Shown here: piece after piece, positions 39,860 through 50,153 of the stretch
Position numbering within the stretch: position 1 is the stretch's first letter
Layout: each line of letters starts with the position of its first letter
Assembly (NCBI GenBank): GCA_965197745.1
Contig: CBDANS010000006.1
Location: forward strand, 32,001 to 96,000
Origin: Opitutales bacterium
GTDB taxonomy: Bacteria; Verrucomicrobiota; Verrucomicrobiia; Opitutales; PNEW01
DNA: 64,000 nucleotides
Direction: 5' to 3'
Notes under the pieces: model-generated
Seen by the model: the letters and a program-made list of their open reading frames with translations, nothing else
Told to the model about the DNA's origin: nothing
Database searches by the model: none
Translations under genes and position numbers: made by a program

Positions 39860-41143
39860 TTAAAAAATGAATTGAAAACGTATGCCAAAGACAATGGCAT
39901 CTCTCGCTCCTTCGTGAGGGTTAAATATAAATTGCAGATCCGGTTGTAATGAAAACCAGGGGGTAATCATTCCCTGATAGGTTATTTCAAGCACACTTTC
40001 AGTGCTGGATACACCCGGGTTGGCGCTTACATAATCATTACTGAAATCGGTGTGAAGAAATCCAATTCCCAAAATGTCATCAGAGCGCAGCCCAAAAGGC
40101 CCTGCCCAATTAACGCCGAAGTCTGTATAATACGATACTATGTTTTTTTCTTCTTCAGGGCTATAGCCCACGCGCCACCAGCCGGTTAAAGATTCTGATA
40201 GTTCCTGGTTGATGGCAAAATATATACTCGAATTGCCATCCACGGGTTCATCGGTATTAAAATCAATAAATTCTTCCCCACTGTGATAAAACCCGCCGAC
40301 TTTAAAAACACCCTGACGTCCTAAAATATGGGACGTCACCCCCGCTTCAAAGATATAAAGAACCCCCTCAACTCCTCCTAAATTAATATGTAGTCCATCG
40401 TCATTGATTGCCTCGTCTCCAAGATTCCCATCGTAAATGCCAAACTGAACATAGGTATTATTCATCGGCTCAGCATAGAACAAAGCACCAAGTGCTCCTA
40501 TCGGCCATATCGGTGCAGCGTTGTTAAGCGATTGTGTGGGCAGCGGACCAAAACCACTGTTGATAAATAGCCCCGTAGAATCGGCTATCATAAAATCATC
40601 ATCGAGATCAATAAGCCCAACCCTGAATGACATCGATCCATCCATTAATTCCTGCTCATACCAGGCTTGAAAAAGACGCGTCGTATTGTAAGCGACAATA
40701 TTGCTTAAAGCATTGATATCACCAGCAAACACACTTGGGTCATCCCCGTGTATCGATTGACCATGGAGATGGATCATCCCGCCAGGCAGTCCGATTAAAT
40801 TTTCCAGGTAAAAATCGGCTCCGAAGTCAGCCAAACCCTGCCACGCAGTTCCGGTATTATTACCCCCGCTTATGACACTGAAAAACTCACCGGAATACCC
40901 CAGGAAGGGTTGTATCCCCTTCTCATCATTTGCCTTTTCGCTACTTAACCAATCCGTCGTTTCATAGGCCTTCGTTTCACTTCCTGCTCCTTCAAGCAGA
41001 GCACTCTCTTGAGCTCTTGAGTTAAGCGCAAAAGTGCACACGGGTATCAGTAATACGGTTAAAAAACTCCTTCCCAGAAAACACAGGTTCTCTCCGGGTG
41101 ACCCTTTTCTGATCCTCTGTATTAATCTTCGATAGGTATCCAT
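39860..41143 (-). CDS. OprB-family porin
   Basis: SNI, RLFQAWYEQ, FRVGLIDLDDDF, FINSGFG, EITYQ...LQPDLQ and terminal Phe. Confidence 0.88.
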   Translation of the reverse strand: MDTYRRLIQRIRKGSPGENLCFLGRSFLTVLLIPVCTFALNSRAQESALLEGAGSETKAYETTDWLSSEKANDEKGIQPFLGYSGEFFSVISGGNNTGTAWQGLADFGADFYLENLIGLPGGMIHLHGQSIHGDDPSVFAGDINALSNIVAYNTTRLFQAWYEQELMDGSMSFRVGLIDLDDDFMIADSTGLFINSGFGPLPTQSLNNAAPIWPIGALGALFYAEPMNNTYVQFGIYDGNLGDEAINDDGLHINLGGVEGVLYIFEAGVTSHILGRQGVFKVGGFYHSGEEFIDFNTDEPVDGNSSIYFAINQELSESLTGWWRVGYSPEEEKNIVSYYTDFGVNWAGPFGLRSDDILGIGFLHTDFSNDYVSANPGVSSTESVLEITYQGMITPWFSLQPDLQFIFNPHEGARDAIVFGIRFQFIF

Positions 41144-41196
41144 TGATTTATGAGTGGAATGGGATGGGAATCCTTTTTTAGTTATGGGTCAAGCAA

Positions 41197-41236
41197 ATTT
41201 TGTAGAATTAAAATAATAATTTTGAGTTGTCTAAAT
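41197..41236. promoter_or_regulatory. Possible DtxR/MntR operator (two imperfect AT-rich inverted repeats)
   Basis: ATTTT-gtagaatt-AAAAT and TTTgagttgtCTAAA lie between the divergent oprB and regulator genes; weak match in AT-rich DNA. Confidence 0.3.
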
Positions 41237-41305
41237 AAGCAATTAAGGACATTAAGTTTGATCTAAAGCGATAAAAATCATAATAAAGGCTTAGAGGAAC
41301 CATTC

Positions 41306-41962
41306 ATGGCGACGAGCACCGTTGAAGATTACATCAAGCAGATATATCTGGAACAGATAGAAAATAAGGCTGGGCCCGTATCCATGGGGCGCGTGGCCAA
41401 TTCTCTGGGCGTCGTTCCCGGGACAGCCACAACGATGATGAAATCGCTCGCCGATTCAGAACTGGTGGACTACGAACCGCGGGTGGGAGTACGATTAACG
41501 GAAGCCGGTGAAGAACTGGCACTGCAGATGTTGCGGCGTCATCGTCTAATTGAACTCTTCCTCGTGGAAACGCTGGGCCTTGACTGGTCTGAGATCCACG
41601 AAGAGGCAGAAAGATTGGAGCATGCCATTTCCGATCGTGTATTGGAACAATTAGACGCATTTCTCGGGTACCCAAAAGTTGATCCACATGGCGATCCCAT
41701 CCCCACTGATTCCGGTGTATTAAGCCAGGAGCAATTAAAGAATTTATGTGAATGTGCGCTTAATCAGCAACTGCGCATTTCCCGGATCACCGACCAGTCT
41801 TCCCTCTTTCTACAATTTATAAATAGGACCGGGCTCAAGCCGGGAGTGGAACTTACGATTGAAGAACGTGACCCCGCTGCTGACGCCATAACGATTCAAT
41901 TTTCGGATGGAAAAAGTCTCACCGTTGGCACTATCGCGGGCGAAAAAATTCTCGTGAAATAA
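41306..41962 (+). CDS. DtxR/MntR-family metal-dependent regulator with FeoA/SH3 C-terminal domain
   Basis: VEDYIKQIY, RRHRLIELFL, IHEEAERLEH and DPHGDPIP. Confidence 0.93.
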   Translation: MATSTVEDYIKQIYLEQIENKAGPVSMGRVANSLGVVPGTATTMMKSLADSELVDYEPRVGVRLTEAGEELALQMLRRHRLIELFLVETLGLDWSEIHEEAERLEHAISDRVLEQLDAFLGYPKVDPHGDPIPTDSGVLSQEQLKNLCECALNQQLRISRITDQSSLFLQFINRTGLKPGVELTIEERDPAADAITIQFSDGKSLTVGTIAGEKILVK

Positions 41963-41984
41963 AATGGGCGCAGTGAGAGCTGCG

Positions 41985-42497
41985 TTAATTCTTTTTAATT
42001 GAATGCGCCGCGAGTTGTTTAAATTCGTTTATTTTATCACGGTATTGAGCCGCGTCTTCATAGTGTTCACTGGACACTGCGCGCTCCAGTTGTGATTCCA
42101 AATGTTTTATGCGATCGTTGAGAAGATTTTCGGCAATTGCTTTTTCTGGAATCTTCCCCAGGTGACGATACCCGGCGTGCATTTTTTTCATCAAGGGATT
42201 GAGCAAGCCACTGAACGTTTTGTAACATTGAGGACAACCTAACCGTCCCGATTTTTCAAATTCAGTTTGTGAACAACCACAATCCTCACAGCGCAGTACA
42301 TTTAAATCCAGAATGATAGTCGAATCGTCTTCGATATTTCCGAGGCCGAGCAAATCGCAACTGGAAGGATGTAAAATGCTGGCTTTTTCAGCACAGGTCG
42401 GGCAATAGCTCTCGGTGGTTAATTCACAACCCAGCACCGTTGATACATGTATAGTTGCCCTTTCATCACACTCTACACATTTTACTTCTTTCGACAT
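41985..42497 (-). CDS. McsA-like CxxC/UVR-domain protein
   Basis: Four CxxC motifs, GRLGCPQCY, HLGKIP and C-terminal UVR EHYEDAAQYRD. Confidence 0.85.
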   Translation of the reverse strand: MSKEVKCVECDERATIHVSTVLGCELTTESYCPTCAEKASILHPSSCDLLGLGNIEDDSTIILDLNVLRCEDCGCSQTEFEKSGRLGCPQCYKTFSGLLNPLMKKMHAGYRHLGKIPEKAIAENLLNDRIKHLESQLERAVSSEHYEDAAQYRDKINEFKQLAAHSIKKN

Positions 42498-42723
42498 ACT
42501 TTATTAAATAAATCGCTTAAAACTTAAATGCCAATGAACCGGTTGTCTAATTAATACCAGATTTTATCAATATTAATTTAGAGCATAATGTTCCAGCATA
42601 TTCGAGAGAATAGTTTAAAAATATCAGTGGCCTTTTCAGATTAAGATAACGAATGGGGATGGTGCGCGCTATATGATTGATCCCGATTTTTAAAATACGA
42701 GTCGGATAATTCTGATTAATTTA

Positions 42724-43644
42724 TTATAAATTCCCGCGATCATTTGAACGTTTATCATTTACAAGTGTTCCGCTGTGGAGAATTCCCTGGTCCATGACTC
42801 TGTCTCTCCAGGAAACGGACGCATCGAAGATTTTCTCATTGGTATCGACCGTAGATACGAGAACACCCGCTTTATTACGGGGCAGCATTCCAGTGATCAT
42901 CCCATCAGCCCTGACGAAAAAACCAGGGAAAGCGGATTCTTTCGCCGATGTATTATTACAACTGATCCAGACATAATTATTGGCCGCGTAAGCTTGCATT
43001 GTGGGTGGCGCTAAAAGACCGGAGGTAACCGTATATCCTTTTACTTTTCTTACCCGCGGGCCAAAATAATTTTGAACCGACTTCCAAAATCTGGCACTGT
43101 AATGACCTATGTGGTAGGAGTGAAACATAAGCTTTACCCCTCTCCTTTTATACTCTCGATAAAGTTCCTGGTAGCGCATGTCATGGCATATTAATGCTCC
43201 ACACTTCATCCCTTTAATCGTAAAAACGCTGAAACGCTCACCCGAACTGTAATGCGCCAGATCTTCCGTATTCTCAGATTTTGCGCCCACACAGAATAAT
43301 TTATCATAGCGATCAACAATACTACCCCGGTCGTTTATAATATATAAACTGTTATGGGGTTTATGCTTTCCTGTCAGTCGATGGGTCGAACCGAGTATTA
43401 CCCACAGCTTTAATTCGCGCGCCAGTTTGAGTACCTTCTTACTGCAGATAGTGAGTAAATCCCAATCAAAATTATCATAAGATTTAAATTCTGATCCGGC
43501 ATAACCACTAAGACAAAGCTCAGAAAAATGAGCAACATCTGCGCCCTCATTTTTGGCTTTATGCATTTGTCGCAATACATAGTGAGTGTTACGCTCTATG
43601 TCCCGATCCACGGGAAACTGGCAGGTTGCGACAACAAGCTTCAT
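42724..43644 (-). CDS. Carbon-nitrogen hydrolase (nitrilase superfamily)
   Basis: E-K-C triad: FSELCLSG, YDKL, ICHDMR. Confidence 0.88.
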   Translation of the reverse strand: MKLVVATCQFPVDRDIERNTHYVLRQMHKAKNEGADVAHFSELCLSGYAGSEFKSYDNFDWDLLTICSKKVLKLARELKLWVILGSTHRLTGKHKPHNSLYIINDRGSIVDRYDKLFCVGAKSENTEDLAHYSSGERFSVFTIKGMKCGALICHDMRYQELYREYKRRGVKLMFHSYHIGHYSARFWKSVQNYFGPRVRKVKGYTVTSGLLAPPTMQAYAANNYVWISCNNTSAKESAFPGFFVRADGMITGMLPRNKAGVLVSTVDTNEKIFDASVSWRDRVMDQGILHSGTLVNDKRSNDRGNL

Positions 43645-43713
43645 AATGCCCCTTCACATGAATGTAGGATCATAGGTGATAATTGATACTAAGTAGAAAA
43701 ATATTTTCCCTTT

Positions 43714-45054
43714 TCATTGGACCTCAATGGCAGCCTGATGCATAGCCTCTATTAACCCGTCGACATGGCTCTCATCCATGGCCAGGGACAGGCTATTCAT
43801 GGCCAGGGTATGAGAAAGAAAATAACCCTGCTTTAATAGTGAATGAAAAACCAGGTGTGTTATCTCCGCGTCATTAGTGGCTATATTTCGGTATTTGTTG
43901 GCTTCTTTATCGGTAAAATAAATACTGAATACGGAACCGATGCCTACCACTTGCGCTTTTATACCGGCACCCTCAAGGGATTTCCTTAAACCTCTGAGCA
44001 ACCGGTCACCCAATCCGTTAAGACGGGTATAGGCCTCTGGCCTCAACTGCTTAAGGGTCGCTAATCCTGCCACCATTACAATGGGATGCGCGCTAAAAGT
44101 ACCACTTTGAAAAAAGCCTGTCGGCCCCGAAGAGTTATCGAAAAGATCCATAATATCCGCGCGTCCTCCAAATGCGCCAGCGGGAAACCCACCCCCCACC
44201 AATTTACCAAAAGTCGTCAAGTCAGGGGAAATGGCGTAAGATTCCTGAAGCCCCCCATAGCCTTCGCGAAAACCGACGATTTCATCAAATATGAGAAGCA
44301 CATTGTTTTTACGGGTGATTTCACGGACCGCCTGGACAAAACTTTTGTCCAGGGTCATGAGCCCGGCCTTGGGGTCGAATATGACGCAGGCTAATTCATC
44401 CCGAATTTTTTCGATCAGGTCCTCTACCGAGGACACATCATTGTAGGGAAGCACAACAACTTCCTCCGCGGCGTGCGGAGAAGCCCCACCGGCACTGGCA
44501 ATTGAAAGAGGACTGTTTTCGGGACCCGCTTGATCCGGGGGCGGGGCTACGCTGACTTCGACAACGTCATGGCTTCCATGATAACCGCCTTCGAATTTAG
44601 CAATTTTTGAGCGCTTACTGAACCCCCGTGCCAGTCGAATCGCGTGTAATGTCGCTTCCGTTCCTGAGTTGCAAAACCGAATCCGATCTACAGATTTCAC
44701 CCGGCGGGTCATTTCCTCTGCCAATTCTGCCTCGACCCCCGCAGGCGCACCCAGCGCGATACCCCGTTTCATCTGCTTATCGACAGCCGTTAAGACTGCA
44801 GGATGATTATGGCCTAATATTTGAGTGGTATGATGGCAGGCAAAATCAACAAACTTTCTCCCGTCTAAATCGAAGAGGTGACACCCCTCACCTCTCTTCA
44901 TGGTAAGAGGATAAGGGGCATAAAAGTAGGCGCCCTTAGCTCCCCCTGGCATGGACGCCAATGTTCGTTCGAAATACTCCTGTGACTTCGGGCTCCCTTC
45001 GCGATAGCTGTCTTCCAATGAACGCTTGAGTTCCATTACCGTTGAATTACTCAT
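43714..45054 (-). CDS. Class III PLP aminotransferase (GSA-aminomutase-like paralog)
   Basis: NSGTEAT, FEGGYHG, FDEIVGFR, TFGKLVGGGFP and SGTF. Confidence 0.88.
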   Translation of the reverse strand: MSNSTVMELKRSLEDSYREGSPKSQEYFERTLASMPGGAKGAYFYAPYPLTMKRGEGCHLFDLDGRKFVDFACHHTTQILGHNHPAVLTAVDKQMKRGIALGAPAGVEAELAEEMTRRVKSVDRIRFCNSGTEATLHAIRLARGFSKRSKIAKFEGGYHGSHDVVEVSVAPPPDQAGPENSPLSIASAGGASPHAAEEVVVLPYNDVSSVEDLIEKIRDELACVIFDPKAGLMTLDKSFVQAVREITRKNNVLLIFDEIVGFREGYGGLQESYAISPDLTTFGKLVGGGFPAGAFGGRADIMDLFDNSSGPTGFFQSGTFSAHPIVMVAGLATLKQLRPEAYTRLNGLGDRLLRGLRKSLEGAGIKAQVVGIGSVFSIYFTDKEANKYRNIATNDAEITHLVFHSLLKQGYFLSHTLAMNSLSLAMDESHVDGLIEAMHQAAIEVQ

Positions 45055-45101
45055 GATTTATCATCCTCTCTCCTTTTCGGATTTGATTACCTGTCTATGC
45101 C

Positions 45102-45875
45102 TTAAAGTATTTTAGCCACAAAAAGTTGATTGCTTACGGATGGCCCCAAGGACTTAGGATCCGAATAATGAACAAAGGGAAAAGCCGCATTTTCAAGCAT
45201 AACCGGTAATTGCCTGACGCATTCGGTATAATCCCATTTATTATAAACGAAAAATGCACGCCGAAAAATTTCCACCTCCAGCTTATATTCAATATTAAAA
45301 TCGGGTATGAGGAGCGGCCCCGCATCGATCTGCCAGGTAGCGTGCTGATGTCTCGCGTTCATCGGATATACCGGGTATTCCGCTATTACCTCGATTGCGT
45401 CATCTCCCCAATGATCTATATAGTGCGTCCTTCCCAGGATCGGTAAATTGCCAACCATGGCGTCATGGACCTCCTCATATTCAGTCATCTCAATGACCTG
45501 TTTATAATGTCTGATCCTGGTATTCATTTCTGTGATCGTCGAACCCCTGCCGTCATGCGTGGGAATCGTTTCACCCACCCGGTTGGCCACCCTCGTGTAA
45601 CCTGCGGCTTCAGCAAAATGTTTAACAATCATGAATTGACCATTATTGGAAAGGACGAGGTGGACTTCAGAAGTAGGTCTGTGGATTAATTCTTTGTCCC
45701 TATACATCTGTTCTCCAATACAAGTATGAGTCAGAAAATACTCGCGATATTCTCCGCCTTTTTCGCGAATTTTACAACTGGCTTGAAGCGCCATTCGCGG
45801 GGTATGGTCATCGGAGGGACTCGACCACTGCACGAAGGAATTATTATAGTCAATTTTTAAGATGTCATTCATCAT
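45102..45875 (-). CDS. Hypothetical protein
   Basis: 257-aa ORF heading the minus-strand AT-III/nitrilase run; no recognisable motif. Confidence 0.7.
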   Translation of the reverse strand: MMNDILKIDYNNSFVQWSSPSDDHTPRMALQASCKIREKGGEYREYFLTHTCIGEQMYRDKELIHRPTSEVHLVLSNNGQFMIVKHFAEAAGYTRVANRVGETIPTHDGRGSTITEMNTRIRHYKQVIEMTEYEEVHDAMVGNLPILGRTHYIDHWGDDAIEVIAEYPVYPMNARHQHATWQIDAGPLLIPDFNIEYKLEVEIFRRAFFVYNKWDYTECVRQLPVMLENAAFPFVHYSDPKSLGPSVSNQLFVAKIL

Positions 45876-46100
45876 TGATGAAATTAAATAGTCTAATTCA
45901 GTCCTTCTTTATAAAGTCTCAACGCATATTTCATTACACGGTGGAAGCTATTGAAGAGGCGAGCCATTTCTAAATTATTTAATTACTGCCTCCCGCTTCA
46001 TAACTGTCCTATGCCCTGAATCCCAGTAAGATAGGGCTTAAAATCTTGAATAGCCCTTGACCGTCACAACCTTATACCAATAATTAAATTTTTAATAAAT

Positions 46101-46868
46101 ATGGATTTTACTATTCCGGAGGAAAAAATAAGCCAATATAAAGTGGATGGTTACTTTATTTTGGAATCCGTTATCCCCGACGACCATCTTGAATTGCTGC
46201 GCTCTGAATGCCAATCCGCGGTTGATGAAATTGATGCAGAGATGGACCGTAAGGGCACTGATGTTCTCGGAATCAACCATCGCGGAAAACGCTATTTTTG
46301 CGGGCAGACCTATCGCACTCACCCCCGCTTAGGCACCTTCATATTCAGTGAGCTTATGACCGCCATCTGCCGTGTCACGATCGGTGATAATGCTTATTTT
46401 CATAATGATCAGTACGTCGTTAAAAGCGGCAAAACCGGAATGAAATTCAGCTGGCACCAGGATTCCGCCTATGTCCAGGCGCGCATTGGCGACCATCCCG
46501 AGCACATGACCTGCTGGTGCGCCTTAGATGACGTTACCGAAGACAACGGGACGGCTTATCTTTTACCCGTCAGCCGCTACGGCAAGCGGGAACTGGCTGA
46601 TCATATAAAAGATGAAGAAACAAATGACCGTATTGGCTATTTTGGCGATGACCCGGGCGAACCGGTAATCGCCAGGGCGGGAAGCATCGCCGTTTTTTCA
46701 ACGCTTACTTTTCATCGCAGTGGTCCCAACTCGACCGGCCGAAAGCGACGTGTCTATCTCGCCCAGTATGCGCCCGCCCCAATTGTTAATGAGCCAGGTG
46801 CCTACCCCCAGTATTTTGCAGAACCGTTTCTCAAAGATGGCAATCCTGTTTTGCGAAAATATAAGTAA
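46101..46868 (+). CDS. Phytanoyl-CoA dioxygenase (PhyH) family Fe(II)/2OG oxygenase, copy 1
   Basis: DGYF, WHQD, W.ALDD...NG, FHRSGPN and distal R. Confidence 0.9.
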   Translation: MDFTIPEEKISQYKVDGYFILESVIPDDHLELLRSECQSAVDEIDAEMDRKGTDVLGINHRGKRYFCGQTYRTHPRLGTFIFSELMTAICRVTIGDNAYFHNDQYVVKSGKTGMKFSWHQDSAYVQARIGDHPEHMTCWCALDDVTEDNGTAYLLPVSRYGKRELADHIKDEETNDRIGYFGDDPGEPVIARAGSIAVFSTLTFHRSGPNSTGRKRRVYLAQYAPAPIVNEPGAYPQYFAEPFLKDGNPVLRKYK

Positions 46869-46971
46869 AACCTGAATATTCACTTTCAGTAAATCCATGC
46901 ACCGTCTGTGTTTTACCTGTTAATTATGCTGACATCGTTAATATTCACTCAGAACAATAACTTTGGATAAG

Positions 46972-47760
46972 ATGGCGATCGATATTCCAAAAGAAAAAAT
47001 TGAACAATACGAGATTGACGGTTATTTCATTTTGGAATCCGTAATCCCGCAAAAGGATATCGAACTGTTGCGCACAGTATGTAAGATCTCCATGGATGAA
47101 ACGGATGCGGAAATGGATCGTTTAGGAACCGATGTTATCGGCCTTAACCATCGCGGGAAACGGTATTTTTGTGGTGGCATGTTGAATAAACATCCCCGTA
47201 TGAAAGATTATATTTTCAGTGAACTCATGGCTGCCATTTGCCAGGCGACTCTTGGCCAGAATATTTTTCTTCATGGCGATCAGTTTGTCGTAAAAAGCGG
47301 TAAAACCGGTATGAAGTTCAGTTGGCATCAGGATGGTGCTTATGTTCATAACCGTATTGGCGATCATCCCGAGTGCATTACCTGCTGGGCTGCTCTCGAT
47401 GATGTGAACGAGGAAAACGGCACGGCCTATCTTCTCCCCATAAGCCGCTTTGGTAAACGGGAGATTATCGAACATATTAAGGATGAAGTGACCAATGATC
47501 GCGTCGGCTATTTTGGTGATGATCCCGGTGAACCGATAATTGCTCCGGCAGGCAGTATCGCTGTTTTTTCCAGCCTCACCTTTCATCGCAGCGGCCCCAA
47601 TCCCACGGGATTAATGCGCCGTGTCTATCTTACCCAATATTCCCCCGCACCTATATTAAATAAACCCGGAGGTATTACTCAGTATTATGCTGAACCCTTT
47701 TTAAAAAATGGTCTGCCTGTTTTTTCAGATTCATTTGAGAAGGTGGGAAAAAGGACATAA
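46972..47760 (+). CDS. PhyH family Fe(II)/2OG oxygenase, copy 2
   Basis: Same motifs as copy 1 and gap-free colinear with it. Confidence 0.9.
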   Translation: MAIDIPKEKIEQYEIDGYFILESVIPQKDIELLRTVCKISMDETDAEMDRLGTDVIGLNHRGKRYFCGGMLNKHPRMKDYIFSELMAAICQATLGQNIFLHGDQFVVKSGKTGMKFSWHQDGAYVHNRIGDHPECITCWAALDDVNEENGTAYLLPISRFGKREIIEHIKDEVTNDRVGYFGDDPGEPIIAPAGSIAVFSSLTFHRSGPNPTGLMRRVYLTQYSPAPILNKPGGITQYYAEPFLKNGLPVFSDSFEKVGKRT

Positions 47761-47872
47761 TCTTTATTATAAATACCCGCATGAATTTCATGCCATTTAC
47801 AATGGCCGGGTGATGATTTTTGGGATTTTAGAATATCTGTCATCGCTGTCTTACCATAAAATACCGATTCGA

Positions 47873-48397
47873 ATGAAATGCAGACAGGTCATTTTCAGTA
47901 TCATTCCAGTTTTATTATTGGCAGCATGCAGTGCTGGGAACCCTGAAGTTCCAAGTGATGATATTCGGTGGCAACAAATCGAGACCCTGTTCTATGAATA
48001 TAAATTGAAGTATTTCTCCAAGGTTCCGGAAACTACTGTTGACCAGATTCCGAACGACTTAAAAAATCATGATCTGATCATTATTGATGTGCGCAGTCCT
48101 GAAGAAAGAGCGGTGTCGTTTATCCCCGGATCCATCACACGCGAGGAGCATGAAAATATTACAGTTAGCAAAGATACGAGGATTATCACTTATTGCACGA
48201 TTGGAATGCGCAGCGGACTATACGCGAAAAAACTGAGGGATAACGGTTTCAATGCATACAATCTAAAAGGAGGGGTTCTCGCGTGGGCACACCAGGGAAG
48301 GAAATTTATCGACGGAAACAGTGTAACCTTAAATCGTATCCATGTTTACGGGCAAAGTTGGGAGCTTGTCCCTGAAGGTTACGAAGCTGTGTGGTAA
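47873..48397 (+). CDS. Rhodanese-domain lipoprotein
   Basis: Lipobox [20 protein letters not shown] and LKGGVLAW. Confidence 0.85.
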   Translation: MKCRQVIFSIIPVLLLAACSAGNPEVPSDDIRWQQIETLFYEYKLKYFSKVPETTVDQIPNDLKNHDLIIIDVRSPEERAVSFIPGSITREEHENITVSKDTRIITYCTIGMRSGLYAKKLRDNGFNAYNLKGGVLAWAHQGRKFIDGNSVTLNRIHVYGQSWELVPEGYEAVW

Positions 48398-48407
48398 TAA
48401 CTTTCTA

Positions 48408-50135
48408 ATGGATAAAAACAATATTGCGGCTGTGCTTGAAGAGATCAGTGTTCTCCTCGAATTAAAGGACGAGAACGCGTTTAAAGTGCGCGCCTATCAG
48501 AGCGGAGCCCGCGCCCTCGAGAGTTTGGATGAAGACCTCGATACCGTAATTAAGGAGAAAAGACTCAAAAAGGTGAAAGGTATCGGCAATGCCCTGTCCG
48601 AAAAAATTGAGACCTTATTCCTTACAGACGAACTCAAGTACTACGATGATTTGAAGGCTTCCGTGCCTGCCAGTCTTGTCGAGATGTTGGATATACCTGG
48701 ACTTGGGGCAAAAAAAATAAAATTGCTTCACGAAAAGTTGAAGATCGACAGCATCGAAAAGCTCGAGAGCGCCTGCAATGCGGGAAAGGTGGCAAACCTG
48801 GAGGGCTTTGGGGGGAGATCAGAGGAAAAAATAATTGCCGGTATCAAGCACCGTAAAATTTACCGTAAACGCCATCTCTGGTGGAACGCGCAAAAGATTG
48901 CATCGCCACTCATCGAAGGGTTGCGTTCCCTTCAAGAGGTGGAAATCGCTGAATGCGCCGGCAGTCTGCGCCGGGGGGTGGAAACCGTGGGTGATCTCGA
49001 TTTCATTGTGGCTTCTGAAAATCCTGAACCGGTTATGAACTGGTTTACGACGCGTGAGAATGTAACAGAAGTTACGGCCAAAGGGGATACAAAGTCCAGC
49101 GTGCGATTCGATACCGGTTTACAGGCGGACCTGCGTGTCGTCTCCATCGATCAATTTTACTTTACCCTTCACCACTTTACCGGATCTAAAGAGCATAATA
49201 TTAAAATGCGCCACCGCGCCCTGGGCCTCGGTTACAGCTTGGGCGAGTGGGGCCTGACTCCTGAAGCGGGTAGCCCCCATAAAGGGCTGGCTAAAATCTC
49301 CAGCGAAAAAGCCCTCTTTAAAAAACTGGGGCTCAATTATATCCCCCCGGAATTACGTGAGGGGCGTGATGAAATTGAGGCCGCGGAAAAAGGCCAACTG
49401 CCGCACCTGATTGAAGATGGAGACATTCGCGGAGTTTTTCATAATCATACTACCGCTTCCGATGGCAGTAACACGCTCAGAGAAATGACCCGCGCTGCGG
49501 AATCATTGGGTTGGGAATACCTCGGCATCGCGGATCACTCCAAGGCCAGCTTTCAGGCTAATGGTTTAAATGAAGAACGTATCGAAAAACAGGTTATTGA
49601 AATTAAAAATCTGAATGATTCCAAAGAATTTAATACCTTTGTTTTCAATGGTATTGAATGCGACATTCTGGCCGATGGGTCCCTTGACATCGCCGACTCC
49701 ATCCTTTCTCAACTGGATTATGTCGTGGTATCCGTGCACAGCTCCTTCAGCTTGTCTGAGGAAGCTCAGACTAAACGCATCATCCAAGCCATTGAACATC
49801 CCTCCACCACTATGCTCGGACACTTAACGGGTCGCATTTTGCTTCGACGCGAGAGTTACAAAGTTGATGCGCATAAAGTAATCGACGCGGCTATCGCCAA
49901 TGGAAAAATGATCGAATTAAATGCCAGTCCCTATCGCCTGGACATGGATTGGCGGCTGTGGAAAAATGCTTCAGCTAAAGGGTTGCTCTGCAGCATTAAC
50001 CCGGACGCCCACAACACCGATGGCTTAAATCATTTCCGAGCCGGCGTACTGTCAGCGCGCAAGGGGGGATTAACCGCTGAAAATGTTTTCAATACCCGGA
50101 CCTTGGAGCAAGTGAAGGCTTACCTTTTAAAATAA
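48408..50135 (+). CDS. polX: DNA polymerase X / PHP 3'-5' exonuclease
   Basis: [22 protein letters not shown] and PPELRE; PHP motifs HNHT..SDG, DHS, NPDAH. Confidence 0.95.
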   Translation: MDKNNIAAVLEEISVLLELKDENAFKVRAYQSGARALESLDEDLDTVIKEKRLKKVKGIGNALSEKIETLFLTDELKYYDDLKASVPASLVEMLDIPGLGAKKIKLLHEKLKIDSIEKLESACNAGKVANLEGFGGRSEEKIIAGIKHRKIYRKRHLWWNAQKIASPLIEGLRSLQEVEIAECAGSLRRGVETVGDLDFIVASENPEPVMNWFTTRENVTEVTAKGDTKSSVRFDTGLQADLRVVSIDQFYFTLHHFTGSKEHNIKMRHRALGLGYSLGEWGLTPEAGSPHKGLAKISSEKALFKKLGLNYIPPELREGRDEIEAAEKGQLPHLIEDGDIRGVFHNHTTASDGSNTLREMTRAAESLGWEYLGIADHSKASFQANGLNEERIEKQVIEIKNLNDSKEFNTFVFNGIECDILADGSLDIADSILSQLDYVVVSVHSSFSLSEEAQTKRIIQAIEHPSTTMLGHLTGRILLRRESYKVDAHKVIDAAIANGKMIELNASPYRLDMDWRLWKNASAKGLLCSINPDAHNTDGLNHFRAGVLSARKGGLTAENVFNTRTLEQVKAYLLK

Positions 50136-50153
50136 ATTGTCTCCGCTGAGCGA

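Noticed and set aside
43714..45054. hemL
   Set aside because: Lacks the SPVRAF substrate segment and has no tetrapyrrole context
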